Source of the DNA: a virus
Lineage: Duplodnaviria > Caudoviricetes
DNA length: 64,000 nt
Direction: 5' to 3' (one strand)
IMG/VR virus record: IMGVR_UViG_3300028581_000010
The notes beneath the pieces are model-generated. The model saw only the letters and a list, made by a program, of their open reading frames with translations. It made no database searches and had not been told where the DNA came from. A program made the position numbers and the translations under genes. Positions 17,503 to 26,422 of the stretch are shown here, in pieces (within the stretch, counting starts at the first letter, position 1; every line of letters starts with the position of its first letter).

Positions 17503-17845
17503 ATGCGTCTTCGCCCATGCGCGCCTTGGCCGCGGCTGTCCGCTTGCGGAAGATCTCCTCGGCTGTCCGCTTGCGGAAGATCTCCTCGCAGCTCGGTATC
17601 ATTTCCTCGACCTCCTGGTCGGTGGGTACGCCTCCGGTGCAGATTTCAGCTGCGGTGGTGCACAACTCTCCGACAAGCGTAGTGCCGACGAAGTTGGAGT
17701 CGGTCCGCGCATCTTCTACGGCGCCTGCCACGGTCAGCGCCATATAGGTGTTAGCCATCCGCAGCATGCGGCTGGAGATGAGATAATATTCATGCTCGGT
17801 CAAGTTGATGTTGATCGAGCCGTCTTCTTGTTTTGTAATTTTCAT
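17462..17845 (-). CDS. hypothetical protein with 9-aa tandem duplication
   Basis: Start MKITKQ after promoter at 17876-17884; EEIFRKRTA x2. Confidence 0.7.
   Translation of the reverse strand: MKITKQEDGSININLTEHEYYLISSRMLRMANTYMALTVAGAVEDARTDSNFVGTTLVGELCTTAAEICTGGVPTDQEVEEMIPSCEEIFRKRTAEEIFRKRTAAAKARMGEDAFEEMLAKRMRLSE
17534..17587. repeat. perfect 27-bp tandem duplication
   Basis: ggctgtccgcttgcggaagatctcctc x2. Confidence 0.95.
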
Positions 17846-17875
17846 GGTTGGTTGGTTAAGTATTTCTACCATAGT

Positions 17876-17902
17876 ATTATACCGGATAAATGCTGGTATG
17901 AT
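17876..17902. promoter_or_regulatory. back-to-back divergent promoters
   Basis: CGGTATAAT on minus (17876-17884) and TGGTATGAT on plus (17894-17902). Confidence 0.7.
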
Positions 17903-17924
17903 TAAGTGAAGGACAACTTCCTTT

Positions 17925-18221
17925 ATGAAATATACAAAAACCAAGAAAATAGCAGGCCACAAGGCTCTGGACTTTCTGTACAAGATCGGTCGTGCAGGAT
18001 TTATTCAGGCCTCGTGGGAAACGTCGGGTAAAACCGACAAGGTAAAAAAAGGCACCTGGATCACCGAGGACGCCCTCGGTAACTGGTTCGGTACTCCCGA
18101 ACACGGTGGTGCCTATCAACACAACAGAACGGACCAGATCACTCAGCTGGAATGGCTTCGCGCCAACATACCCAGCGACGAGAGGATGATCACGTTCACC
18201 TACCTACCCAAGCGCAAATGA
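17925..18221 (+). CDS. hypothetical protein
   Basis: Follows the plus-strand promoter; coupled to next gene. Confidence 0.65.
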   Translation: MKYTKTKKIAGHKALDFLYKIGRAGFIQASWETSGKTDKVKKGTWITEDALGNWFGTPEHGGAYQHNRTDQITQLEWLRANIPSDERMITFTYLPKRK

Positions 18222-18616
18222 ACGAGACGGGTGTCGAGCACAGAGTTGTCAAGCAGACTACGGTCGGTCCTACGTGTGTGTCTACCATCTACATGTGCAT
18301 CGATCAGAAGATAGCAGATGCTTACATGAAGAAGAACACACCGGAAGTATACGACATGATCAAGGAGTTCAGAGACACTCTCAAAAGGATCTTCCAGGGC
18401 GATACCGAGGGTGAAGAGTGGAAGAATGCGGACGCGCCTGAACAAGAGTCGTTGGTGGAAGAAGACGCTCCCTGGCATATCATGGGCCCGTACTACGAAA
18501 CGATGGTCTTCGGTGAGTGCCCGTTCGCCGAACATAAGCAGCGTCGGCAAACAGAGGAAGAGGCCTTACGCGATCACCAGGAGATGGTGGATAACGTGCG
18601 GTCGTTCCTTGGTTAA
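18218..18616 (+). CDS. phage hypothetical protein
   Basis: YYETMVFG...TEEEALRDH pattern; start MNETG. Confidence 0.7.
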   Translation: MNETGVEHRVVKQTTVGPTCVSTIYMCIDQKIADAYMKKNTPEVYDMIKEFRDTLKRIFQGDTEGEEWKNADAPEQESLVEEDAPWHIMGPYYETMVFGECPFAEHKQRRQTEEEALRDHQEMVDNVRSFLG

Positions 18617-18630
18617 CAAAACAATCAACA

Positions 18631-18660
18631 AAAGGGCTCAGCAATGGGCTCTTTTTTAGC
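18631..18660 (+). terminator. intrinsic terminator between convergent genes
   Basis: AAAAGGGCTCAGCAATGGGCTCTTTTTTAGC. Confidence 0.75.
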
Positions 18661-19022
18661 TATTCGAGAAAGGTAGCGTTAACCAACGTGGCTTGCTGGC
18701 GAGTAGCCTGCATCCACCTGGTTGCTATATCACTGGGATTGTTCCACCAGGCCCGAATGTGCAGCGATTTCCACATCGAGTCCCATACCCACAAAGAGTT
18801 GTCTCCAGCGGGATAGAGATAGACCACGACGGCGTGGCTCCACTGCGTTGTATCTATCTTGAGCACCTTGGCCTGTATCTCGGCCTTATGTAGAGACTGT
18901 ACCATGATGACGGCCTCAGGCAGACAGGCGTTCTTATACTTGCCATAGATGGCATTCTTCTCTGCTGGAGGCTCTATGGCACACCCAACCAATAAAAGAC
19001 TAGCTAGCAGTAGGGCTCTCAT
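18660..19022 (-). CDS. lipoprotein with papain/transglutaminase-like Cys-His-Asp triad
   Basis: Lipobox LLVGC; NACLPEA, WSHAVV, VWDS. Confidence 0.65.
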   Translation of the reverse strand: MRALLLASLLLVGCAIEPPAEKNAIYGKYKNACLPEAVIMVQSLHKAEIQAKVLKIDTTQWSHAVVVYLYPAGDNSLWVWDSMWKSLHIRAWWNNPSDIATRWMQATRQQATLVNATFLE

Positions 19023-21658
19023 TTAGTTTTCAGTAGTGCCGCCCGCATCTCTGGAGTAATCTTGAAATGAGCTGCGTTGTCGTGAAAGCCTGGCTGATAA
19101 CCAGGAAGAGCTTCGAGCTCCTTACCACACACACCCTTATGAAATCTATCCAACGGAATAATGCTAGATGGATCTTTAGGGTGATTTAAGACCTGTATGC
19201 CTTCTCTCGGCGGTGCACCGAGCCCAAGTGTTCTTGTTTCAGGAGGAGCAAAACGTAGGCGATCTACTCCTCTACTATGACCAACCCATAGATCAGCCGC
19301 GGCTGGCACAGTATATGCATGTCCTGCATCTTCGGTCACAGTGTAACCAGCTCTCTCGAGCAACTTACGTACCGCGGTATAAAAAGCTCTTGGACGAGGC
19401 CTGTCGATATACTTGGGATTACCTTTGATGAGAACAGCTTTAAGTTGTTTCTCTAAACCTGCGGCTTTCTTCAACTTCTCCACCTTGTCCTTGTGAAATG
19501 CTACACGCTCGCTCAACGGCACGTTGGTCGGAGTCTCCACGGTAGTATAAGAGATACCCTTATTCTCCATGACCTTCTCGATAGAGCCCTTCGGTGGATA
19601 CTTGCCATCAGTGATCACGCCCTGTACTGCTTTGTCACCTTTTACGGACTTAGCCTGTCCTAGAGCCTTGCCCGCGTTTAGCTTCTGTCTAACTCTGTCA
19701 GCTATGTCATGCGAGGCATAAGCGTAGGCGCCATGTGCGTCGTTATCCTCATGAAGATCTATAATTTGCTTGGGATGTAGAGCAACTAGCTTGCGAAGAG
19801 CGCTCACGAGCTTGGGTGGTTTGTTTGCGTCGTCGAAGTGTCTGTTTAAATCAATACCATGATCTGTGCGTTTACCAGAATGATTACCTACATCAACTAC
19901 AGGTAACCCCTTGCTTGCGAGCTGCCTGCCTGCAATAGCTGCAGCTGGCTCGTCACCGTGTATACCGGAGACAATTACGGTGTCGGCTGCTGTCTTCTCA
20001 TGCTGGTTTCTGTTACGCAGGTGCTTCATGACCATGTCATAGAAACCAGCAGTCTTCAACCCAGCCTGTTGCTGGTTCTGTGCAAGAAACTGGCTATCTC
20101 TGGCAATCGCCTCGCGTAGTGCTTCTGCGCCCATCTCGTCGCCTGACTTAACCTTGTAGATGTAATCCCTAAAAATACGTGCACCCTCGGGAGGCATCTT
20201 GTCTAAAATGGCAGGATTCTTCTCTATCTCCGTAAATACCTGATGTATCTCGGCAGGAGTGTTCATCTTTCTTCCAGTGACGTCTCTGAGTGTGTTTAAA
20301 CCAGATAGAGCACCTTGCAGATACTCGGGAGCTTGAGTTGTGTTGTACGTAGGAGCCCTCAAGGCACCAGGTGCAACAAATTTATCCTCTGGCTTGAATC
20401 CCTTGCTCACCAATGATTGCTGCTGCTTCTGGTTTAGTGTACGTTGAAACTTTGTTAGATTTGCAACTAGTCCTGCAGGGGCGACATTCTGAAGAAAGGC
20501 ATGGTTTCCTTCATGCATGGCTGCCCAAGCTGTTTGATCAGCGGGCATTTTGGCGTTATCCGCATAACCACTGAAGTTATTCCAGGATACACCAGGCCAG
20601 CCATCTGCGCTGTTGCCTTTGTTTCCGTAGACATACTTCTGCAGCGCGGGATTAACAGATATGCTCTCTGTTTTAGGATGATACATGCCGGAATCATCTC
20701 CACCCAAAGTTAGGGGAAACTGTTGGTCTCTACGGGACCAGTCCACGCCATACGGTAACTTATCCTTAAGCTTTTCGTAGTTAGCCCTTTGCTCGGCTAC
20801 GAAGCTATCCGCACCACCAGGTATGCGCTGAAGCAGCTGGTTGTTCATTTCCGCCGGTGAAAGCGACGAATCTGATGGAAGCTGTAGCTGCGTAGGTGTG
20901 TGGGGTAATTTTCCTTTTGGAAAGATAGGGGCCTCCGTCCAACGCTCTTTTGGTTGATATACACCAGAGCGTAGAATGTCCAAACCATCATACCCATTTG
21001 GGCTAGGTGCCACAGGGCCTTTATTGACCGTTTCCAGGTTGAGCTGTGGCTCAGGCTGAGGATTGGCATTGGGCTGCAGCTTGTTCTGAGGAGGAAGCAA
21101 TGTCCTGCCATATGCGATAGCAGGCGGAGGAGTAGTTATTTCCGCTGGTGGAGGCGGCGCCAAAGTGACACCGCCTGCTTGTGGCCCTTGTTCAGGGGGT
21201 AATTTAACCTGCACCTGAGGTTCTGGTGAAACAGGCTTACTCTTAGCTATTTCTGTTTTTTCTGGAACACCAAGTGGTCTATTTATACTCGGCTCGGGAC
21301 CGACGTGCGGTGGTAATTGTGTGGGAACACCTGTAATTACGGGCTTTTCCGTCTTTACCGGTGTTTCTGCCGGTGGTTGTTGCTTAGGAGGCTGAGCAAC
21401 TGGTGTAACGTTATCAGGGACCTTTACAGGAGTGACCGTCTTTTCAACAGAAGGGGCCTTTACAGGCTCTTTGTTAACCGGAATGGCTCTACGTACCTCT
21501 GGTTCTGCTGTGACCGGTATAGCCTTGCGTATTTCTGGCTCTGGAGTAACTGGAATGGCCCGGCGCACTGGAACCTGGCCCGTAGTTGGGTCGATTGCCA
21601 TGCGCTGAGCCCCTAGATTAGCCAGCTTGTTGAGTAATTTTTTAGATATTCGAGCCAT
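19019..21658 (-). CDS. large modular protein: Pro-rich N-terminus, HExxH domain, M14 (AstE/AspA-like) Zn carboxypeptidase, GxSxG hydrolase-like domain
   Basis: AAMHEGNHA; SGIHGDEP, DLNRHF, DLHED, VETP; WVGHSRG. Confidence 0.8.
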   Translation of the reverse strand: MARISKKLLNKLANLGAQRMAIDPTTGQVPVRRAIPVTPEPEIRKAIPVTAEPEVRRAIPVNKEPVKAPSVEKTVTPVKVPDNVTPVAQPPKQQPPAETPVKTEKPVITGVPTQLPPHVGPEPSINRPLGVPEKTEIAKSKPVSPEPQVQVKLPPEQGPQAGGVTLAPPPPAEITTPPPAIAYGRTLLPPQNKLQPNANPQPEPQLNLETVNKGPVAPSPNGYDGLDILRSGVYQPKERWTEAPIFPKGKLPHTPTQLQLPSDSSLSPAEMNNQLLQRIPGGADSFVAEQRANYEKLKDKLPYGVDWSRRDQQFPLTLGGDDSGMYHPKTESISVNPALQKYVYGNKGNSADGWPGVSWNNFSGYADNAKMPADQTAWAAMHEGNHAFLQNVAPAGLVANLTKFQRTLNQKQQQSLVSKGFKPEDKFVAPGALRAPTYNTTQAPEYLQGALSGLNTLRDVTGRKMNTPAEIHQVFTEIEKNPAILDKMPPEGARIFRDYIYKVKSGDEMGAEALREAIARDSQFLAQNQQQAGLKTAGFYDMVMKHLRNRNQHEKTAADTVIVSGIHGDEPAAAIAGRQLASKGLPVVDVGNHSGKRTDHGIDLNRHFDDANKPPKLVSALRKLVALHPKQIIDLHEDNDAHGAYAYASHDIADRVRQKLNAGKALGQAKSVKGDKAVQGVITDGKYPPKGSIEKVMENKGISYTTVETPTNVPLSERVAFHKDKVEKLKKAAGLEKQLKAVLIKGNPKYIDRPRPRAFYTAVRKLLERAGYTVTEDAGHAYTVPAAADLWVGHSRGVDRLRFAPPETRTLGLGAPPREGIQVLNHPKDPSSIIPLDRFHKGVCGKELEALPGYQPGFHDNAAHFKITPEMRAALLKTK

Positions 21659-21698
21659 TACACGCCTTGCCCCACAAATATCTAACTATTTTAGCAGC

Positions 21699-22496
21699 TT
21701 ATAAGTCGTTTATCCAGCTGAACTTTGTAGATAGGCCGTCGGAGAGCTGCTTACCGAGTATTTCCTCGTAATTCCTCGGTAGAGGCTTCACGTTGCTTTG
21801 AATCAGATGCTGCCCATAGGGCCAACCCGTCTCGTGCTCGTGTGTATATTGTTCTACGTTGGTAAAATCATGTACAAACCGTGGTTCGCCGAGATAATCC
21901 CACACCTGATCCATGACTGCTTGAGGAAACTGTGTAAGCTTGTCAGCATTGACGAAGAACAGCTTGCTCTTGAACCTGGATGCTGCGTCAAATACACGCT
22001 CTATGGCAATACCAACGGGAGGAGTGTTCAACCAGCCCTGTGCGCGCTTCTCCATCGTTGTAAATCCTTTAGCATTATTGGCTTCCGGAGATGCGAAGGG
22101 AGCTGGATGCTCGCGCCGAATCTTCTCCATGCTGCATATAATACCACGTACATCTCTAACGGGGACGAGAATCTTGGCATCGGGAAACATCTTGTAGGTT
22201 TGATCGATCTGCCCAACCCAGCTACGGCTCTTGTCAATGACAACGGGCCTATCTGTGAGAGAATCAAATGCTGCGAGTATACCAGCACGGTTATAATCAT
22301 CGAACATCTTCTCTACATCCATGGGCTGCCATGCTTTGGCGGCCTCGGACTTGAATAAGCCACGCGCTAGGTAGCTAATCTCATTCATGGGAGATGTTGC
22401 TGTGGCATGAACGCGCGGATTCTGTGCGAGTATATTACATAGAAGAGTGCTGCACGAACGGGGCAGCCCTGATACGAAGTGAACTGTTTTAGGCAT
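21699..22496 (-). CDS. PAPS-dependent sulfotransferase
   Basis: SGLPRSCSTLL (5'-PSB loop), IDKSR, VRDVRGIICS (3'-PB). Confidence 0.9.
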   Translation of the reverse strand: MPKTVHFVSGLPRSCSTLLCNILAQNPRVHATATSPMNEISYLARGLFKSEAAKAWQPMDVEKMFDDYNRAGILAAFDSLTDRPVVIDKSRSWVGQIDQTYKMFPDAKILVPVRDVRGIICSMEKIRREHPAPFASPEANNAKGFTTMEKRAQGWLNTPPVGIAIERVFDAASRFKSKLFFVNADKLTQFPQAVMDQVWDYLGEPRFVHDFTNVEQYTHEHETGWPYGQHLIQSNVKPLPRNYEEILGKQLSDGLSTKFSWINDL

Positions 22497-22559
22497 TCTC
22501 GTATCGTACTCGCACTACGAGGAATGTCAACCGAAAATTACTCTAAACTCTCGGCTTGA

Positions 22560-25535
22560 TTAATCACAGACGCCATCGCTGATCAGTGCCGTGGCGCTAT
22601 AGAGAGAACCGGCTGGATTCGTACAACCAAGAGGCACATCCATTACCCACCCTAGAGCTTCCAATGCAGCTAAGTTCGCACGAAGTGTGTCTTTAGCTGC
22701 AGACGGCTCCGCGGCAATCGATGTCCCTGTTGAGCTAAATATAAACGTACCATCAGTCCGCCCTGCAGCAACTAGCTGCGTCGTGAGTGGTACTAGCTTA
22801 TTCGCAGATATGCTTCCGTTGTTGGCTCCTATCTCCACATAAGCAAGATTAGTTACAGTTCCCACCGCGGCAGTTGATGTAGGTAGTACGAACGAGGCAT
22901 GCCCGTTATAGTCACTGCAACCACTTATAATAAGAGACATCAGCGATGTCATTCCGGACATATCCTGTAAACCAGTATCATCGTGCCCTGCAGAGGCTGT
23001 AATGGTGATTTCCTCAAGAGCTGGAAAGCCGGTGGAATCGGTTACAACCAAACCGCCGTAGTTCCCCTGACCACTCTCTGAAATTGTTAACCTCTGCAGG
23101 CTCGGCGCATCCCACGTACTATCGATGAATAGCTGCGTATATCTGAAGCTATTCTGTATAGTTATATCTGTCAAACTGGTCCAGCCGGTGAAGTCTATGT
23201 CTAAGTCTCCATATATGCCGGTTATGTTAGTAAGTGTGAGAGATGTAAGCGAGGACATGCCCGTTGTGTTGAGTACTTGCAAACCATCATAACCGCAATC
23301 GTTGATAGCGAGTGACGTGAGCGCTGTAAGCCCAGAGCAGTCTGACAAAATAAACGAGTTCGTGGCCATCGGAAAGCCATTTCCACAATAGTCAAACACC
23401 AGCACGGTCAGCGAGCCAAGGGCGGATGTGTCGTCGATGACAAAATCGGAGTGACGTGAGCAGTTCGCAAATGCTAGTGATTGAACCGGACAACCTGCAG
23501 CAACTGCAAAGCTTATGGGGTGACATGTGTCATTCGGTAGGTCAGCCACTAGCATAGCAGGAGTGCGCGCGTTTGCCACCAATTGCATAGTGTTATCATA
23601 GACGCGCAGACCATACTCACAAGATCCATCATCGCAGCCTGCACTAGGGTTGTAGTTGGTTGCAGTTGGTTCTGTGCATCCAGGATACCCACTTGCATAA
23701 CATGATCCATCATCGTAGGCTGCTGCCGAATCATAAGCACAATAAAGTGGGTCCATACATCCTGGAGTACCATAAGCGCAAGATCCATCATCGCAGCTTG
23801 CACCAGGGTTGTAGTTGGTTGCAGTCGGCTCCAGGCAGCCGTAAACTGGGTCTGCTACACAAATACCAAATGCATTACCGCAGTAAGTACTTCCGTAGCA
23901 AGATCCATCATCGCACGAGGCACCAGAGTTGTAATTGCAGGACCCGTTGTTGGCTATACATCCAAAGTAACCACTTGCGGCACAAGAGCCGTCGTCATAG
24001 GTTGCTGCTGGATCATAAGCACAATAGGTGGGGTCCATACATCCTGGAACATCATGATAGTCACAGATATATATGCTACCAGTCCAGCCTTTTGTGTCTT
24101 TTAAACTAGTCCATTTATTGCAAAATTCGTACGTGTAACCATACCCTGGCCACGCCGTAATATAGATATAACCATCGTTAGGCCCATTGCTCAGCAGCGC
24201 GGCAAAAAGGAGGTCCATGTCCCAGCTATTAAACGACGTGTTACCGTCGTGTATCTCGAGGTGAGAAAGCGTTGTACTTATCGCCGAAGTGTCTGGAAGT
24301 ACAAATGTATTATGTATATTGTCCCCTCCAGCTTGTTGTAAAATCAGCTCTGTCAGACCTGTTAATCCAGAAAAGTCGACTATGCGCAAGGGGCTGTTGC
24401 TTGCGACAAAATTTGCAAATGTAAGGCTGGTCAACCCCGCCCCACCTATGAGAATCAATGGATTGCAGTCGGCACCGGCGATGTTGCTAAATGTTGGAGT
24501 TGCGCTGCCGTTAGAATACCCCAACAGCTTGCCAGGAGTAGCGCCAGATCCTGCTAATACGGTAAGGTCCTTCTGAGCTGCTCCGCCTCCACCACCTCCA
24601 GATTGAGCAACCCAGCTGCGCGTGCCACTGGTTGTAGAACTTAATACGTAGCCATTTACTGAAGGATTGCCTAAGGGAGGCTCGCCATTGGTCAAACCAG
24701 CGAGCTTGTCCTTCTCTGTAGTAGTATAATCGTTGGTAGATAGCCCCTTGCCAGCGACGGTATCTACCTTGCTGCCTAGTGCCGTAGCCACGTCCAAAGC
24801 ATTAGCCTTGGCATTCAGCGCGTCCTGTAGGCTCGAGACATCGCTAATAGAATGATAGTGCGTGCTTGCTGCCTTACCGGCGAGGGCATCGGTAAGACCT
24901 GTTATGTCAGATATGCCATAGGTATGCGTGTGCCACGTATCTGCCTTACCAGAAAGTGCTGTGGCAGTGGCCGAGCTGACCGGTTTGTCTGCGTCGGACG
25001 TATTGTCGACGTTACCGAGCCCGACCATCGTCTTGTCATAGTCTCCGCTTTGAGGCGCAATTGCCCCTACACGGCCGTTGAACGATGTGACCGCATCACT
25101 GGTATCAACCTTCTGCCAATCCGTGCCATTTGAGATGATCCAGTCGCCCAGGTTGAAGTCTATAGTCGAGAACGTCCCCGCGGTGGAGACGATGTAATAC
25201 TTTCCTTTAGCTAGCGAGGCCAGCCCAACGGCTGGAGTGTTCGTGGAAGCGTTCCACGTGCCTGCATAGGAAACCTGACCAAGAATAGAGTCTGGTAGCT
25301 GATCTGTGGGAATCTTGGCATCAGCACCAAGCGTTGCTACACCTGAAGCAGCTCCCTTCTCGGACGTGCTGATCTTCAGACTTAAGTCCGAGGTCGTTGC
25401 AAGGCCGGCAGGTAGCGTAGAACTGGCTAGCTTCCCGTCAGCTCCTAGTAAAACTAGTTTATGCTTGTCGGCTGTCCCAGAACTCTCTACTACCGCACCA
25501 GTTGCTGAAATGCGTGAGAGAATGTTGTTTTCCAT
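22560..25535 (-). CDS. tail fibre/adhesin-like protein with GCxDP...DDGSC Cys repeats and LRR-like regions
   Basis: Fibre motifs GVATLGADAKIP, GTWNAS, VTSFNGRVG, GLGNVDNTSDADKP; five to six Cys repeats; LTxLTxL LRR-like stretches. Confidence 0.8.
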   Translation of the reverse strand: MENNILSRISATGAVVESSGTADKHKLVLLGADGKLASSTLPAGLATTSDLSLKISTSEKGAASGVATLGADAKIPTDQLPDSILGQVSYAGTWNASTNTPAVGLASLAKGKYYIVSTAGTFSTIDFNLGDWIISNGTDWQKVDTSDAVTSFNGRVGAIAPQSGDYDKTMVGLGNVDNTSDADKPVSSATATALSGKADTWHTHTYGISDITGLTDALAGKAASTHYHSISDVSSLQDALNAKANALDVATALGSKVDTVAGKGLSTNDYTTTEKDKLAGLTNGEPPLGNPSVNGYVLSSTTSGTRSWVAQSGGGGGGAAQKDLTVLAGSGATPGKLLGYSNGSATPTFSNIAGADCNPLILIGGAGLTSLTFANFVASNSPLRIVDFSGLTGLTELILQQAGGDNIHNTFVLPDTSAISTTLSHLEIHDGNTSFNSWDMDLLFAALLSNGPNDGYIYITAWPGYGYTYEFCNKWTSLKDTKGWTGSIYICDYHDVPGCMDPTYCAYDPAATYDDGSCAASGYFGCIANNGSCNYNSGASCDDGSCYGSTYCGNAFGICVADPVYGCLEPTATNYNPGASCDDGSCAYGTPGCMDPLYCAYDSAAAYDDGSCYASGYPGCTEPTATNYNPSAGCDDGSCEYGLRVYDNTMQLVANARTPAMLVADLPNDTCHPISFAVAAGCPVQSLAFANCSRHSDFVIDDTSALGSLTVLVFDYCGNGFPMATNSFILSDCSGLTALTSLAINDCGYDGLQVLNTTGMSSLTSLTLTNITGIYGDLDIDFTGWTSLTDITIQNSFRYTQLFIDSTWDAPSLQRLTISESGQGNYGGLVVTDSTGFPALEEITITASAGHDDTGLQDMSGMTSLMSLIISGCSDYNGHASFVLPTSTAAVGTVTNLAYVEIGANNGSISANKLVPLTTQLVAAGRTDGTFIFSSTGTSIAAEPSAAKDTLRANLAALEALGWVMDVPLGCTNPAGSLYSATALISDGVCD

Positions 25536-25654
25536 CTAGATGGATCAGGTATTTAACTACTCTATCACAAATAGAAAGGCTGTGCCAGAATATTTCTACT
25601 CCGGCACAGCCTTTTGGGTCTGGATTATGTGTATCTGTCTCTTTTCTCTGTCTC

Positions 25655-25879
25655 TTAGTTGAATACGATGTTTACAGCGCCATTGCCGTTAGGTAGGACG
25701 TTGAGGTTGAACCGTTTGACTTGTGTGAATTGAAGTCCGTCAGGAAGTGTGATAATTGCAGGGTCTGCTGAGGCAATCAGTGTGATGAGTGCTGTAACTT
25801 GTGCTGCTGTGATTTGAGCCCGTGCTGTAACCGGAGGTTCAGGAAGAGCGACGATTGTTGGAGTAATTGTATCTGCCAT
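25655..25879 (-). CDS. hypothetical protein
   Basis: 74-aa ORF with A/C-rich leader. Confidence 0.7.
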   Translation of the reverse strand: MADTITPTIVALPEPPVTARAQITAAQVTALITLIASADPAIITLPDGLQFTQVKRFNLNVLPNGNGAVNIVFN

Positions 25880-25906
25880 AGTGTTTGTCTTTTGGTTTAC
25901 TGTTGT

Positions 25907-26422
25907 TTACTGAGTTTGTTTATAAATTGTGTCAAAAGGAGTACCAGCTGTCAAACTTAAAGTTTTTGTGGCTGCGGAGGTATGCGGAGGAGTTGTTGGA
26001 GCTGGATGTGACTTGTTAGAATCCTTCTCCTCCAGACGAATACGCATCTCGTGATCTGTTGTGGTCTGCTGCAGGCTCTCCACCGCGGATTGAAGCCTAC
26101 CAGCCCACCATACCGTAGTACCTATCTGAACAAGCACGCCTACGAGAATAGCTGCAAACACGGTTTTTAGAAAGTTAAACAAGCCGTCGCGCTCCTGAAT
26201 AGTGACTCTGAGTGTATTAACGTCGCTGCGAGTAAGGTCCAAACTGGTTCCGATACGACTAAGGGCAGCTTCATGCCGTTCTATATTCTTATCGACTTCA
26301 TCCAGTCTAGGTGTAATTGCCATGCAAACGCCATCGTTTGGGCAAGCTGCAGGTGGGGTGTGTAAATAGGGTGGGGCCATGGTGCTTAATGTTTCTAATG
26401 GTAATGCTCCTGATGCACTCAT
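25907..26422 (-). CDS. coiled-coil plus single-TM membrane protein (XhlA-like architecture)
   Basis: Coiled coil then FLKTVFAAILVGVLVQIGTTVWW. Confidence 0.65.
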   Translation of the reverse strand: MSASGALPLETLSTMAPPYLHTPPAACPNDGVCMAITPRLDEVDKNIERHEAALSRIGTSLDLTRSDVNTLRVTIQERDGLFNFLKTVFAAILVGVLVQIGTTVWWAGRLQSAVESLQQTTTDHEMRIRLEEKDSNKSHPAPTTPPHTSAATKTLSLTAGTPFDTIYKQTQ

